Positions 26,230 to 34,096 of a stretch of 49,984 nt of DNA are shown piece by piece; positions within the stretch are counted from its first letter, which is position 1; every line of letters begins with the position of its first letter. The stretch is taken from assembly GCA_964413995.1 (NCBI GenBank), contig CAYPUF010000001.1, forward strand, positions 37,403-87,386, written 5' to 3'. Source of the stretch: an uncultured Gammaproteobacteria bacterium. GTDB lineage: Bacteria > Patescibacteriota > Patescibacteriia > 2-12-FULL-60-25. The position numbers were made by a program, and so were the translations under genes. The notes under the pieces were generated by a model. That model worked only from the letters and a program-made list of their open reading frames with translations. It ran no database searches and was not told where the DNA came from.

Positions 26230-27732
26230 CTAGCGTTTCAGAAGCGTTTTACAGGCTTTGTCCAACTCGGATTTGACGTCATCCTTCAATTCCTTGTCTT
26301 TCTCGATGGTTTCGATGAGCGACGGGAACCGCGCTTCGAACGCCGAAAGATAGTTCTCGATCACCTTCACGGCGTCGGCTTTCGGCACTTCGTCGAGATA
26401 ACCCTTGGTCGCCGCCCACAGCACTGCGACTTCCTGCCACAATGCGAACGGGTGGTTCGCCTTCTGCTTGAGCGCTTCCACGACACGTTCGCCGCGCACG
26501 AGCTGTTTCTTGGTCGCCGCGTCGAGCTCGGACGCGAATTGCGAGAACGCCGCGAGCTCATAGTACTGCGCCAAATCGAGCTTGGCCGTCCCGGACGCTT
26601 TTTTCATGATATGCGTCTGCGCCGCGCCGCCGACGCGCGACACGGAAATGCCGACGTTGATGGCCGGACGGATACCTCGGTAGAACAGCGAAGATTCGAG
26701 GAAGATCTGCCCGTCGGTGATGGAGATCACGTTCGTCGGGATGTACGCGGAGATGTCGCCGGCCTGCGTTTCGACGATCGGAAGCGCCGTTAGCGAGCCG
26801 CCGCCGTTTTCCGGCGACAATTTCGCGGCACGTTCAAGCAAACGCGAGTGGAGATAGAACACGTCGCCCGGATACGCTTCACGGCCCGGCGGCTTGCGCA
26901 GAAGCAACGAAACTTCGCGATACGCCACGGCATGCTTGGACAAATCGTCGTACACGACAAGCGCGTGCTTTCCCTTATTCATGAAATACTCGCCGATCGC
27001 GGCTCCGGCATACGGCGCAAGATACTGCATGACGGCCGGCGACGACGCCGACGCATCCACGACGATCGTGTAATCGAGCGCGCCGCGATCCTTGAGCGTC
27101 TGGACGACCTGTGCCGTGCGAGCCTCGCGCTGGCCGATCGCCACATACACACAGATCATGTCCTTCCCCTCCTGGTTCAGGATCGTGTCGAGTGCGACGG
27201 TCGTCTTGCCGGTCTGGCGGTCGCCGATGATGAGTTCGCGCTGGCCGCGGCCGATCGGGATGAGCGCATCGATCGCCACGATACCCGTCTGGAGCGGTTC
27301 GGAGACGGGCGCGCGCGCCATCACGTCAGGCGCAGGCGACTCGAGCGGCACGTCGGTCATTTTCTTGAGCGCGCCAAGCCCGTCCACCGGCGCACCAAGC
27401 GGGTTCACAACGCGGCCGACGAGCGAGTCGCCGACGCCGATCGTCAGAAAGCGTCCGTCCGACGATGCGGCCAAGCCTTCGCGCACGCGCTCCGACGGCT
27501 GCAACACAACCGCGAGCGCACCGTCGCGGTCCACTTCCATGACGAGCGCATCCGCATCGGCGTCCTCGATGCGCAGAACTTCGCCCATGCGCAGGCCGGG
27601 CAGTCCGGACACGCGGATCACGCCGTCACGGACGCTCTCGACCAGGCCCACGCGGTCTCGACCGGCTTCTTCCGGAACGGATTTTAGCGCCTCATCCAGC
27701 GCCGACAAAAACGATTTCAATGATTCGGACAT
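26230..27732 (-). CDS. atpA: F1 ATP synthase alpha subunit
   Basis: GDRQTGKT Walker A and typical alpha motifs throughout. Confidence 0.97.
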   Translation of the reverse strand: MSESLKSFLSALDEALKSVPEEAGRDRVGLVESVRDGVIRVSGLPGLRMGEVLRIEDADADALVMEVDRDGALAVVLQPSERVREGLAASSDGRFLTIGVGDSLVGRVVNPLGAPVDGLGALKKMTDVPLESPAPDVMARAPVSEPLQTGIVAIDALIPIGRGQRELIIGDRQTGKTTVALDTILNQEGKDMICVYVAIGQREARTAQVVQTLKDRGALDYTIVVDASASSPAVMQYLAPYAGAAIGEYFMNKGKHALVVYDDLSKHAVAYREVSLLLRKPPGREAYPGDVFYLHSRLLERAAKLSPENGGGSLTALPIVETQAGDISAYIPTNVISITDGQIFLESSLFYRGIRPAINVGISVSRVGGAAQTHIMKKASGTAKLDLAQYYELAAFSQFASELDAATKKQLVRGERVVEALKQKANHPFALWQEVAVLWAATKGYLDEVPKADAVKVIENYLSAFEARFPSLIETIEKDKELKDDVKSELDKACKTLLKR

Positions 27733-27737
27733 AAGGG

Positions 27738-27772
27738 CAGTTACCAGTAATCAGTTGACAGTTGACAGTTTC
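27738..27772. repeat. five tandem heptamers CAGTNNN (reverse complement of the NNAACTG family)
   Basis: cagttac cagtaat cagttga cagttga cagtttc. Spans the atpH stop and ends 5 nt before the atpA ATG. Confidence 0.7.
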
Positions 27773-28143
27773 TGGAGCACGCCTCGCACCTTTGAGCGCC
27801 AGCTCGCGTCTTGCAGCGTCCCGTCGCGGAATAACCGCAGGCCGCCGAGAAGGCCGCGCTCGACGCGAACGCGCACGAGCGTATCCGGTTCGGACGAAAC
27901 GGCCTTGGCGATCGCGGCGGCGGTCTTCGCGTCGGGCTCGGCCGCGACCTGCACGGTCACGGCATCGGCGCCGCCGGAGCGCGAGAGAAAATCGCGTGCG
28001 AGAGGCATATCCTCCGGCGAAGTCCGGCGCACGACCTCGGCGCGCAGGGCTTTGAGAAACGCGCCGGGTTTTGAAACCGACTCGCCGCGGCGGACGCGGG
28101 CGATCTGGCGAAGATCCTCCTTCGACGGAACCGGGAGCTTCAT
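27751..28143 (-). CDS. atpH: F1 ATP synthase delta (OSCP) subunit, short form
   Basis: Operon position; C-terminal OSCP-like block (VRVERGLLGGLRLFRDGTLQDASW). Only 130 aa. Confidence 0.7.
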   Translation of the reverse strand: MKLPVPSKEDLRQIARVRRGESVSKPGAFLKALRAEVVRRTSPEDMPLARDFLSRSGGADAVTVQVAAEPDAKTAAAIAKAVSSEPDTLVRVRVERGLLGGLRLFRDGTLQDASWRSKVRGVLQKLSTVN

Positions 28144-28144
28144 A

Positions 28145-28645
28145 CTACGCTTCGGAGACGGCGTCCCACGATTCCTTGACGCTGTTGCGCACCACCTCGG
28201 CCGGGACCTTGTCTCGCAGGACGGTCATCGCGACCGCCTCGACGCGCGCGAGCAGCTCCCGTTCGGCCTCGGCAATCATGGTGCGCTTGCGCCGCGAGAT
28301 CTCCTCAACCGTCTCGGCCAGCATCTGCTCGCGTTTCTTCTCCGCATGGGCAAGCACCTCGCGCGCCTTCGCCTCGGCATCGGCGCGGGCGCATGCGAGC
28401 TGCTTTGCCGCATCGGCGGCGATGAGCCGCGCCTCGGCCTCGCGCTTTTCGCGCTCTTCGGCCAGCGTCTTGCGCAGCTCCTCCGCTTCATCAAGGTGCT
28501 TCTTCACCGTCTCGCGGCGCTTGTCCAACGTCGCGAGCAACGGCTTGTAGAGAAACTTCGTCAAAACGGCGGCCAGGAGGCCGAAGTTGACGAGATAGAG
28601 GACGAGGCTCCAGCCGTCGATGCCGAGATTCTGAAGCGCGTTCAT
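28145..28645 (-). CDS. atpF: Fo ATP synthase subunit b
   Basis: N-terminal TM segment followed by a long charged helix (KRRETVKKHLDEAEELRK...). Operon position. Confidence 0.82.
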   Translation of the reverse strand: MNALQNLGIDGWSLVLYLVNFGLLAAVLTKFLYKPLLATLDKRRETVKKHLDEAEELRKTLAEEREKREAEARLIAADAAKQLACARADAEAKAREVLAHAEKKREQMLAETVEEISRRKRTMIAEAERELLARVEAVAMTVLRDKVPAEVVRNSVKESWDAVSEA

Positions 28646-28666
28646 AGCCTGCCGGTCGGAGGGGCG

Positions 28667-28897
28667 CTAGATGACGAACAAAATGATCAGCGCGAGCACA
28701 AGCGAGTAGATGGCCGTCGACTCGCAGATGGCCATGGACACGAGCATGTTCGTGAAAATCTTGTTGGCCACGGCCGGATTGCGGCCCATGGCTTCAAGAC
28801 CCTTCGAGGCGGCGATGCCTTCGCCGATGCCCGGACCGATGGCGCCAAGGCCCATGCAGATGCCGGCGGCCAACACTTTTGCTGCTTCAAGCTCCAT
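28667..28897 (-). CDS. atpE: Fo ATP synthase subunit c
   Basis: GLGAIGPGIGEG loop and the conserved carboxylate helix (MAICESTAIYSLV). Start set to MELEAAK (28897). Confidence 0.9.
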   Translation of the reverse strand: MELEAAKVLAAGICMGLGAIGPGIGEGIAASKGLEAMGRNPAVANKIFTNMLVSMAICESTAIYSLVLALIILFVI

Positions 28898-28930
28898 AAA
28901 GATGATGAAAAAGTGAAAAAATGTCCCAAG

Positions 28931-28960
28931 AGTATAAGGTGAAAACGGGAAAAGAATCAA
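28931..28960 (-). promoter_or_regulatory. possible internal promoter ahead of atpE
   Basis: Minus strand: TTGATT (28960-28955), 18 nt, TATACT (28936-28931), then a U-rich 33-nt leader to the ATG at 28897. Confidence 0.35.
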
Positions 28961-28983
28961 GAAATGAAGAAAATCTTCGATTT

Positions 28984-29784
28984 CTAGGCGGCTTCCGCCG
29001 GTTTTGTCCGCGCTTCCCTCGCCTCCAGCGCCGAATTGACCGACCCGGCGATAAACTGTGTGGACAACAGCACGAAGACGAATGCCTGGATCAGCCCCGA
29101 GAACATCGAGAGGAAGATGAACGGGATCGGCGCGAGAAACTGCGTGTACGCGGAGAGACCGGCGATGACCGCCACCATGACCTCGCCCGCGAAGATGTTG
29201 CCGAAAAGGCGGCCGGACAGCGACAGGATTTTGGCGAACTCCGAGATGATGTCGAGCAGTCCGAGCAGAAAATCGAAGATGGCGCGACCAAGCTGCGCGA
29301 ACGACCGCGCCTTCAGGATCGGCACGATCCGGATAAAGCTTCCGATGTGATGCAGCGGCGCGATCGAAAGCGCGAGGACGTTGGCCAGCACGACGACGAA
29401 CAGCGCCAGCGCGAGCGTCATCGCAAGATCGGACGTCGGCGTGCGCAGGGCGGGCACGTCGCCCGCGACGATGCTCGAGACGAGCGGGATCAGCGAAAAC
29501 TGGTTGGCGATGAGGATGAACAACAGCGCCGTCATCATCAAGGGGAAAAACTTCTTCGCCCGCTCGCGGTCCTGGAACGCGTTTTCCAGCTGATCCATCA
29601 GGAACTCGGTGATGAACTCAAGCGCGGTCTGGATCCGTCCCGGCACGAGCTTGATCCGTCCCGAAAACCAGAGGGCGAAGAGCGAGAACGCGAGCGTGAT
29701 CAGGAATGCCGCAAGATGCCCGTTGCGCACGGGTACGGGCCCGATCGTAAAGAGGATGTCTGCGGGCAATCGAATATCGATCAT
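28984..29784 (-). CDS. atpB: Fo ATP synthase subunit a
   Basis: 5-6 TM segments; the conserved LSLSGRLFGNIFAGE motif contains the essential Arg. Confidence 0.9.
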   Translation of the reverse strand: MIDIRLPADILFTIGPVPVRNGHLAAFLITLAFSLFALWFSGRIKLVPGRIQTALEFITEFLMDQLENAFQDRERAKKFFPLMMTALLFILIANQFSLIPLVSSIVAGDVPALRTPTSDLAMTLALALFVVVLANVLALSIAPLHHIGSFIRIVPILKARSFAQLGRAIFDFLLGLLDIISEFAKILSLSGRLFGNIFAGEVMVAVIAGLSAYTQFLAPIPFIFLSMFSGLIQAFVFVLLSTQFIAGSVNSALEAREARTKPAEAA

Positions 29785-29792
29785 AGGGATAA

Positions 29793-29862
29793 GCGTAGAG
29801 TGAAGAGCGTAGGGTGTAGAGTCGGAATCTTCGCTCTATGCTCTATGCTCTATGCTCTTCAT
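29793..29862. repeat. ten in-phase heptamers forming a dyad (atpZ-atpB spacer)
   Basis: gcgtaga gtgaaga gcgtagg gtgtaga gtcggaa | tcttcgc tctatgc tctatgc tctatgc tcttcat. The right arm encodes the last 8 residues and stop of atpZ. Confidence 0.8.
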
Positions 29863-30051
29863 ATCGGCTTTCAACCATCGCACCATCGCAAACTGCGCGA
29901 CCGGGAACGAAACGAAAAACAAGATGATCAGCGCGACCGGCGACGAATCGAAGAGCCGATCGATCCCCCATCCGATCGCGACGAACACGGCGATCGAAAC
30001 AAGCGTCACGCCGACGACGATCCCCGCTCTCCGCCACGTAAACAGCTTCAT
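29836..30051 (-). CDS. AtpZ/AtpI-like small membrane protein
   Basis: 71 aa with two TM segments; GWGIDRLFDSSP loop is typical of the ATPase_gene1 family. First gene of the atp operon. Confidence 0.65.
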   Translation of the reverse strand: MKLFTWRRAGIVVGVTLVSIAVFVAIGWGIDRLFDSSPVALIILFFVSFPVAQFAMVRWLKADMKSIEHRA

Positions 30052-30092
30052 AAGCGGCGAAAGTCTGCCATTTTTTCACGAAAAAGTCAAAA

Positions 30093-30617
30093 TTACGGCG
30101 CGAACGGCTGGGCGAGGTGTTTGCCCATGCGCGATTTGATCTTCTCCAGCGCGACACGCGTCTTCTCGCGCTCGCGGTGCCATGCGTGCTCGGCCTCGTC
30201 GAGACAGGACTTCCACTCGGCGAGCGTCTCCGGAGGCGAAAGGCGGATCGCAAGGAGGATGGCAAAGCGCTCGGAACGCGACAACGGCAGCCGCGCGAGC
30301 GACTCCCACAGCGACAGGAGCCGGTCCGGGACCTCCACGGGACAATACCCGCGTTGCATGGCCCATGCATCCAGGGCCTTTTGGAACGCGACGTCGCGCG
30401 GCTGGACGTACTGGAAATAGGTCGCGATCTCGCGCGAGCCGTCGGGCTTCACCGTTTCGATCGAATGCGTGACGGGAATGCCGCGCGTCTGCCAATGCGA
30501 TACGTGCGGGCCGACGGCGCGCTCCCCCGCCGCCGTCAGCACGACCTGGCGCAGCGCGCCGTCGCGGACGCCGACCTCGGCCAGGAGCGTGCGCTCCGCG
30601 TCAAACAGGAAGATCAT
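30093..30617 (-). CDS. hypothetical protein (174 aa)
   Basis: ATGA overlap with the upstream orphan. Coherent ORF; no motif recognised. The upstream extension of the ORF track to 30746 was rejected. Confidence 0.55.
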   Translation of the reverse strand: MIFLFDAERTLLAEVGVRDGALRQVVLTAAGERAVGPHVSHWQTRGIPVTHSIETVKPDGSREIATYFQYVQPRDVAFQKALDAWAMQRGYCPVEVPDRLLSLWESLARLPLSRSERFAILLAIRLSPPETLAEWKSCLDEAEHAWHREREKTRVALEKIKSRMGKHLAQPFAP

Positions 30618-31252
30618 ACCGTTTCCATGCGTTCGCGATGTAGTGTGATGAGATCGTTCACGATCAAGCCTGCGCGGCGCACGGCCTCCGCCGGACCCAG
30701 CGAGGGCTCGGCCGCAAGCAGCGCTTCGGCGGCGCGCCAGAGCCACTCCTTGGGTTGGCGATGGTGGTGATGCGCGACCAGCGCCGCCTGTTCGGGCGAA
30801 ACGCCCTGCGCCTGCCAGTTCCGCATGACGGATAGGCCGTGCAGCATCGCGGCGCGCAAGTCCTCTTTTTCCGGATACGCGCCATGCCCGTCCGGGCGCA
30901 CAACCGCCCGATCACGGACGCGTTCCGTGACAACATACTCCAGCGAACCGATGCGGCGCGTCTCCGTGCGGAATGCCGGATCGCCCACGATCGCGTCAAC
31001 ATTGAACCCCTCGACCGCTTTGGCCGGCACGCGCGCGGCCTCGGCTTCCAGCCCGAGCCCGATCTCGCCGTCTTCCTCTTCCAGCCCGATCCCGGTCCCC
31101 TTGAGCAGGCGGTTCGCGCGCTTCCGGAGCTCCGCGCGCAGCCGTTCGCGCTCCTTGGATTCACGCGCCTCGGCCACAGCACGAATGTCGCGCTCTGACC
31201 CGTTTGTCTCGCTCTTCGCTCTTCGCTCTGCACTCTGCGCTTCTCTCATCAT
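30614..31252 (-). CDS. hypothetical charged protein (up to 212 aa)
   Basis: Starts 2 nt after the ftsX stop. The first 16 codons or so are six in-phase heptamer words (31204-31245), so the true start may be downstream (for example the GTG giving VAEARE). Contains an HHHH run. Confidence 0.45.
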   Translation of the reverse strand: MMREAQSAERRAKSETNGSERDIRAVAEARESKERERLRAELRKRANRLLKGTGIGLEEEDGEIGLGLEAEAARVPAKAVEGFNVDAIVGDPAFRTETRRIGSLEYVVTERVRDRAVVRPDGHGAYPEKEDLRAAMLHGLSVMRNWQAQGVSPEQAALVAHHHHRQPKEWLWRAAEALLAAEPSLGPAEAVRRAGLIVNDLITLHRERMETV

Positions 31253-31254
31253 AC

Positions 31255-32169
31255 TTACCTTTTAATATAGCGGCCGACCGCGATCCAGGAAACCAGCGCG
31301 GACAGGACGGCCATGATGCCAAATTGCGCGAGGACGAGCATCGGCCAATTTGCGGCGTAAAACGCGCGTATGCCGGGGTCGGAACCCGCGAACATGGCCT
31401 GCAGCCGCGGCTCGCCGAACACGATACCCGTCCAGACAATCGCGGCCGCCGCGGCACAGGCCAGCGCGGCGAGCCACACGCCCTCGAGCACGAACGGAAG
31501 GCGGATGAACGCGCTCGAGGCGCCGACGAGGCGCATGATGGCGATTTCCTCGCGCTGCGTGTAGATCGCGACGCGGATCGCGTTGAACGCCGCGAGCAGG
31601 CCGAACAGCGCGAAGACGGCGACGAGCCCCGAACCGAAGAGACGCACCGACCGCGCCGCGTCCTGGATCGAGGAAATCGCCTCGCGGTGGTCATCATACG
31701 ACGAGGACCGGATGAAGGGCTCGAATTGCGGATTGCGCACGGCCGAAAGCAGGAACGGGTAGTCCTTGGTCTCCTTGGCCTTGATCACGAGCTGCGCGCC
31801 GAGCGGGTTCGTCGAAAGTTCGGAAATCGCCTCGAGGATTTTCGGATTGGCTTTGTACCGTTCTTTGAACGCGTCGTACGCCTCCTGCGGCGTGACAAGG
31901 CGGACGGACTCGGTCTGCGGGAAGGATTGCACGTAAAACCGCGCCTGCGTGAGCAATGCCTCCGGCGTGGCGGGCTGGAACGTCACGGTTACGTCGATCT
32001 TCTCCTCGAAATAGGCGACCGTGTGCTCGAGCATGACATTCGTGGCGACGAGCACGTTCACGGAAAGCAAGGCAACCGTGAAGACGAATACGGTCGCGAG
32101 CCCGATCCAGAGGTTGCGGGCAAAGTGTTTCCACGATGCCGCGAAGATGCGCCACGCGGTCGTCATCAT
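31255..32169 (-). CDS. ftsX: cell division permease FtsX
   Basis: 4 TM topology with a large extracytoplasmic loop. Overlaps ftsE. C-terminal motif typical of FtsX. Confidence 0.88.
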   Translation of the reverse strand: MMTTAWRIFAASWKHFARNLWIGLATVFVFTVALLSVNVLVATNVMLEHTVAYFEEKIDVTVTFQPATPEALLTQARFYVQSFPQTESVRLVTPQEAYDAFKERYKANPKILEAISELSTNPLGAQLVIKAKETKDYPFLLSAVRNPQFEPFIRSSSYDDHREAISSIQDAARSVRLFGSGLVAVFALFGLLAAFNAIRVAIYTQREEIAIMRLVGASSAFIRLPFVLEGVWLAALACAAAAAIVWTGIVFGEPRLQAMFAGSDPGIRAFYAANWPMLVLAQFGIMAVLSALVSWIAVGRYIKR

Positions 32170-32852
32170 ACCGTGAGCATGTATTTCCCGTGCGCGACGT
32201 CGGAGACGACCTTTCCGTCCTTGAGCGTGATGACGCGGCGTTTGAGCGCGTTCACGACTTCGCGGTTATGGGTGACGAGTACGACGGTGGTGCCGAACGC
32301 GTTGATCTTCACGAGCAGGTCCATGATGTCCTGCGTGTTCATCGTATCGAGGTTGCCGGTCGGTTCATCCGCGAGAAGGACTTTCGGGCGATGCACGAGC
32401 GAACGCGCGATCACGACGCGCTGCTGCTCCCCGCCGGACAGTTGCGGCGGAAACCGATGCGCACGGTCGTCCAATCCCACGATCTTGAGCACCTGTGGGA
32501 CAACCTCGCGGATGTGTTTCGTGTGCGCGCCCGCGACTTCCAGCGCAAACGACACGTTTTCAAAGACGGTTTTCTTTGGCAGGAGCTTGTAGTCTTGAAA
32601 GATGACGCCGAGTTGGCGGCGCAGCTCCGGGATTTCCCGCGCACGGATGCGCGTGATGTCCCAGCCGCCAATTTCGATCCGCCCGGCGGACGGCGGTTCC
32701 TCGGCCATGAGCAGCTTCGCGAGCGTGGTCTTGCCCGCGCCGCTTTGGCCGACGATGGACACGAATTCCCCCGCCTTGATGCGCAACGACACGTCGTCCA
32801 AGCCGACCGAATTCGGGTGATACGTCTTTGAGACGCGTTCGAGGACGATCAT
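32166..32852 (-). CDS. ftsE: cell division ATP-binding protein FtsE
   Basis: GQSGAGKTTL, LSGGEQQRV, LLADEPTGNLD. Confidence 0.93.
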   Translation of the reverse strand: MIVLERVSKTYHPNSVGLDDVSLRIKAGEFVSIVGQSGAGKTTLAKLLMAEEPPSAGRIEIGGWDITRIRAREIPELRRQLGVIFQDYKLLPKKTVFENVSFALEVAGAHTKHIREVVPQVLKIVGLDDRAHRFPPQLSGGEQQRVVIARSLVHRPKVLLADEPTGNLDTMNTQDIMDLLVKINAFGTTVVLVTHNREVVNALKRRVITLKDGKVVSDVAHGKYMLTV

Positions 32853-32858
32853 AAGGGA

Positions 32859-32864
32859 AGTATA
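32859..32864 (-). promoter_or_regulatory. -10 box TATACT, 6 nt upstream of the ftsE ATG
   Basis: Minus strand: gcatgc TATACT tccctt ATG (32852). No SD in the gap. Confidence 0.4.
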
Positions 32865-32926
32865 GCATGCGTCACGCAGAGAACGGAACGCGTAACGTCG
32901 GACGTTGATGCTCTACGCATGACGCT

Positions 32927-34063
32927 TTATGCAACGCTCTTCGCGACCAGCTCATGTAAACCCGCATCGAAAATCGATGGGATAATCTTTTCCGGCGACG
33001 GCGAAGGAACCGCGGCCGCGATGGCGCGCGCGGCCCGCAGCTTGATCTCGTCCGTGACGCGCCTGACATCCGAGTCGAGCATGCCTCGGAAGAGGCCCGG
33101 ATAGCACAGCGCGTTGTTCACCTGATTCGGAAAATCGCTTCGCCCGGTCGCAAGCACGGCCACGCCGGCCGCCTGCGCGGCGTCGGGCAGGATCTCGGGC
33201 ACGGGGTTCGCAAGCGCAAAGACGATCGGGTCCTTCGCCATGGAGGCGATGATCTCCGGCGTGAACGCGCCGGCCGCCGATACGCCGATGAGCACGTCCG
33301 CGCCGGCGGCCATCTCCGCAAGGGAACCTGGTTGCTTTTCGCGATTCGTGAATCCCGCGACAAGCGCTTTCTCCCCGTTCAGTCCCTCGCGCCCTTCGTA
33401 GATCGCGCCTTGGCGGTCGCACATGACGAGATCCTTTACGCCGGCCGTCGTCAGAAGCTTCGCGGCCGCGATGCCCGCCGCGCCCGCGCCGTTCATCACG
33501 ACACGGATCTCCCCGATCTCCTTGCCGACGACGTTGAGCGCGTTGACCAACCCCGCGAGGATGACGATAGCCGTGCCGTGCTGGTCGTCATGCATCACCG
33601 GCATCCCGAGGCGCTCCATGAGCCGCCGTTCGATCTCGAAACAGCGCGGCGCGGAAATATCCTCGAGCTGGATCGCGCCGAAGCTCGGCGCGATATTCAC
33701 GATCGTCTCGACGATGGCGTCGACATCCTTCGTGTCGAGCACGAGCGGCACGGCGTCGATATCCGAGAAACGCTTGAAGATCGCGCACTTGCCCTCGAGC
33801 ACGGGCATCGCGGCGAGCGGTCCGATGTCGCCGAGTCCAAGCACGGCCGATCCGTCGGAGAAAATCGCGACCGCATTCTTGCGCCAGGTGAGATCGTCCG
33901 CGCGCGACGGATCGCGGGCGATCTCTTCCGACACCGCGCCGACGCCGGGCGAATAGACGAGCGCGAGGTCTTGCGCCGTTTCGATCTTGCAGGTCGTCCC
34001 GATACGGATCTTGCCCCGGAGCTTGGCATGGAGGTCCAGCGAGGCGCGCTTGATATCTGTCAT
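32927..34063 (-). CDS. NAD(P)-dependent malic enzyme (short prokaryotic form)
   Basis: VYSPGV, MHDDQHGTAIV and GAGAAGIA Rossmann motifs. Start at MTDIKRAS (34063). The 613-aa ORF-track version is an antisense read-through. Confidence 0.9.
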   Translation of the reverse strand: MTDIKRASLDLHAKLRGKIRIGTTCKIETAQDLALVYSPGVGAVSEEIARDPSRADDLTWRKNAVAIFSDGSAVLGLGDIGPLAAMPVLEGKCAIFKRFSDIDAVPLVLDTKDVDAIVETIVNIAPSFGAIQLEDISAPRCFEIERRLMERLGMPVMHDDQHGTAIVILAGLVNALNVVGKEIGEIRVVMNGAGAAGIAAAKLLTTAGVKDLVMCDRQGAIYEGREGLNGEKALVAGFTNREKQPGSLAEMAAGADVLIGVSAAGAFTPEIIASMAKDPIVFALANPVPEILPDAAQAAGVAVLATGRSDFPNQVNNALCYPGLFRGMLDSDVRRVTDEIKLRAARAIAAAVPSPSPEKIIPSIFDAGLHELVAKSVA

Positions 34064-34096
34064 AGAAGGCTCTAAAGTAGCGTTAAGCATGAACCT

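Noticed and set aside
27092-28942. Very long ORFs antisense to well-identified genes. Examples: 27092-28942 and 28921-30420 (opposite the atp genes), 9351-10808 (opposite pepA), 16272-17531 (opposite the helicase), 20281-21630 (opposite the surface protein), 38521-40209, 11713-12948, 14800-15819, 1842-2627 and 23690-24646.
   Set aside because: These are typical high-GC shadow ORFs. They are Arg/Pro/Ala/His/Gly-rich low-complexity translations with no motifs, and each lies fully opposite a gene with strong family signatures.
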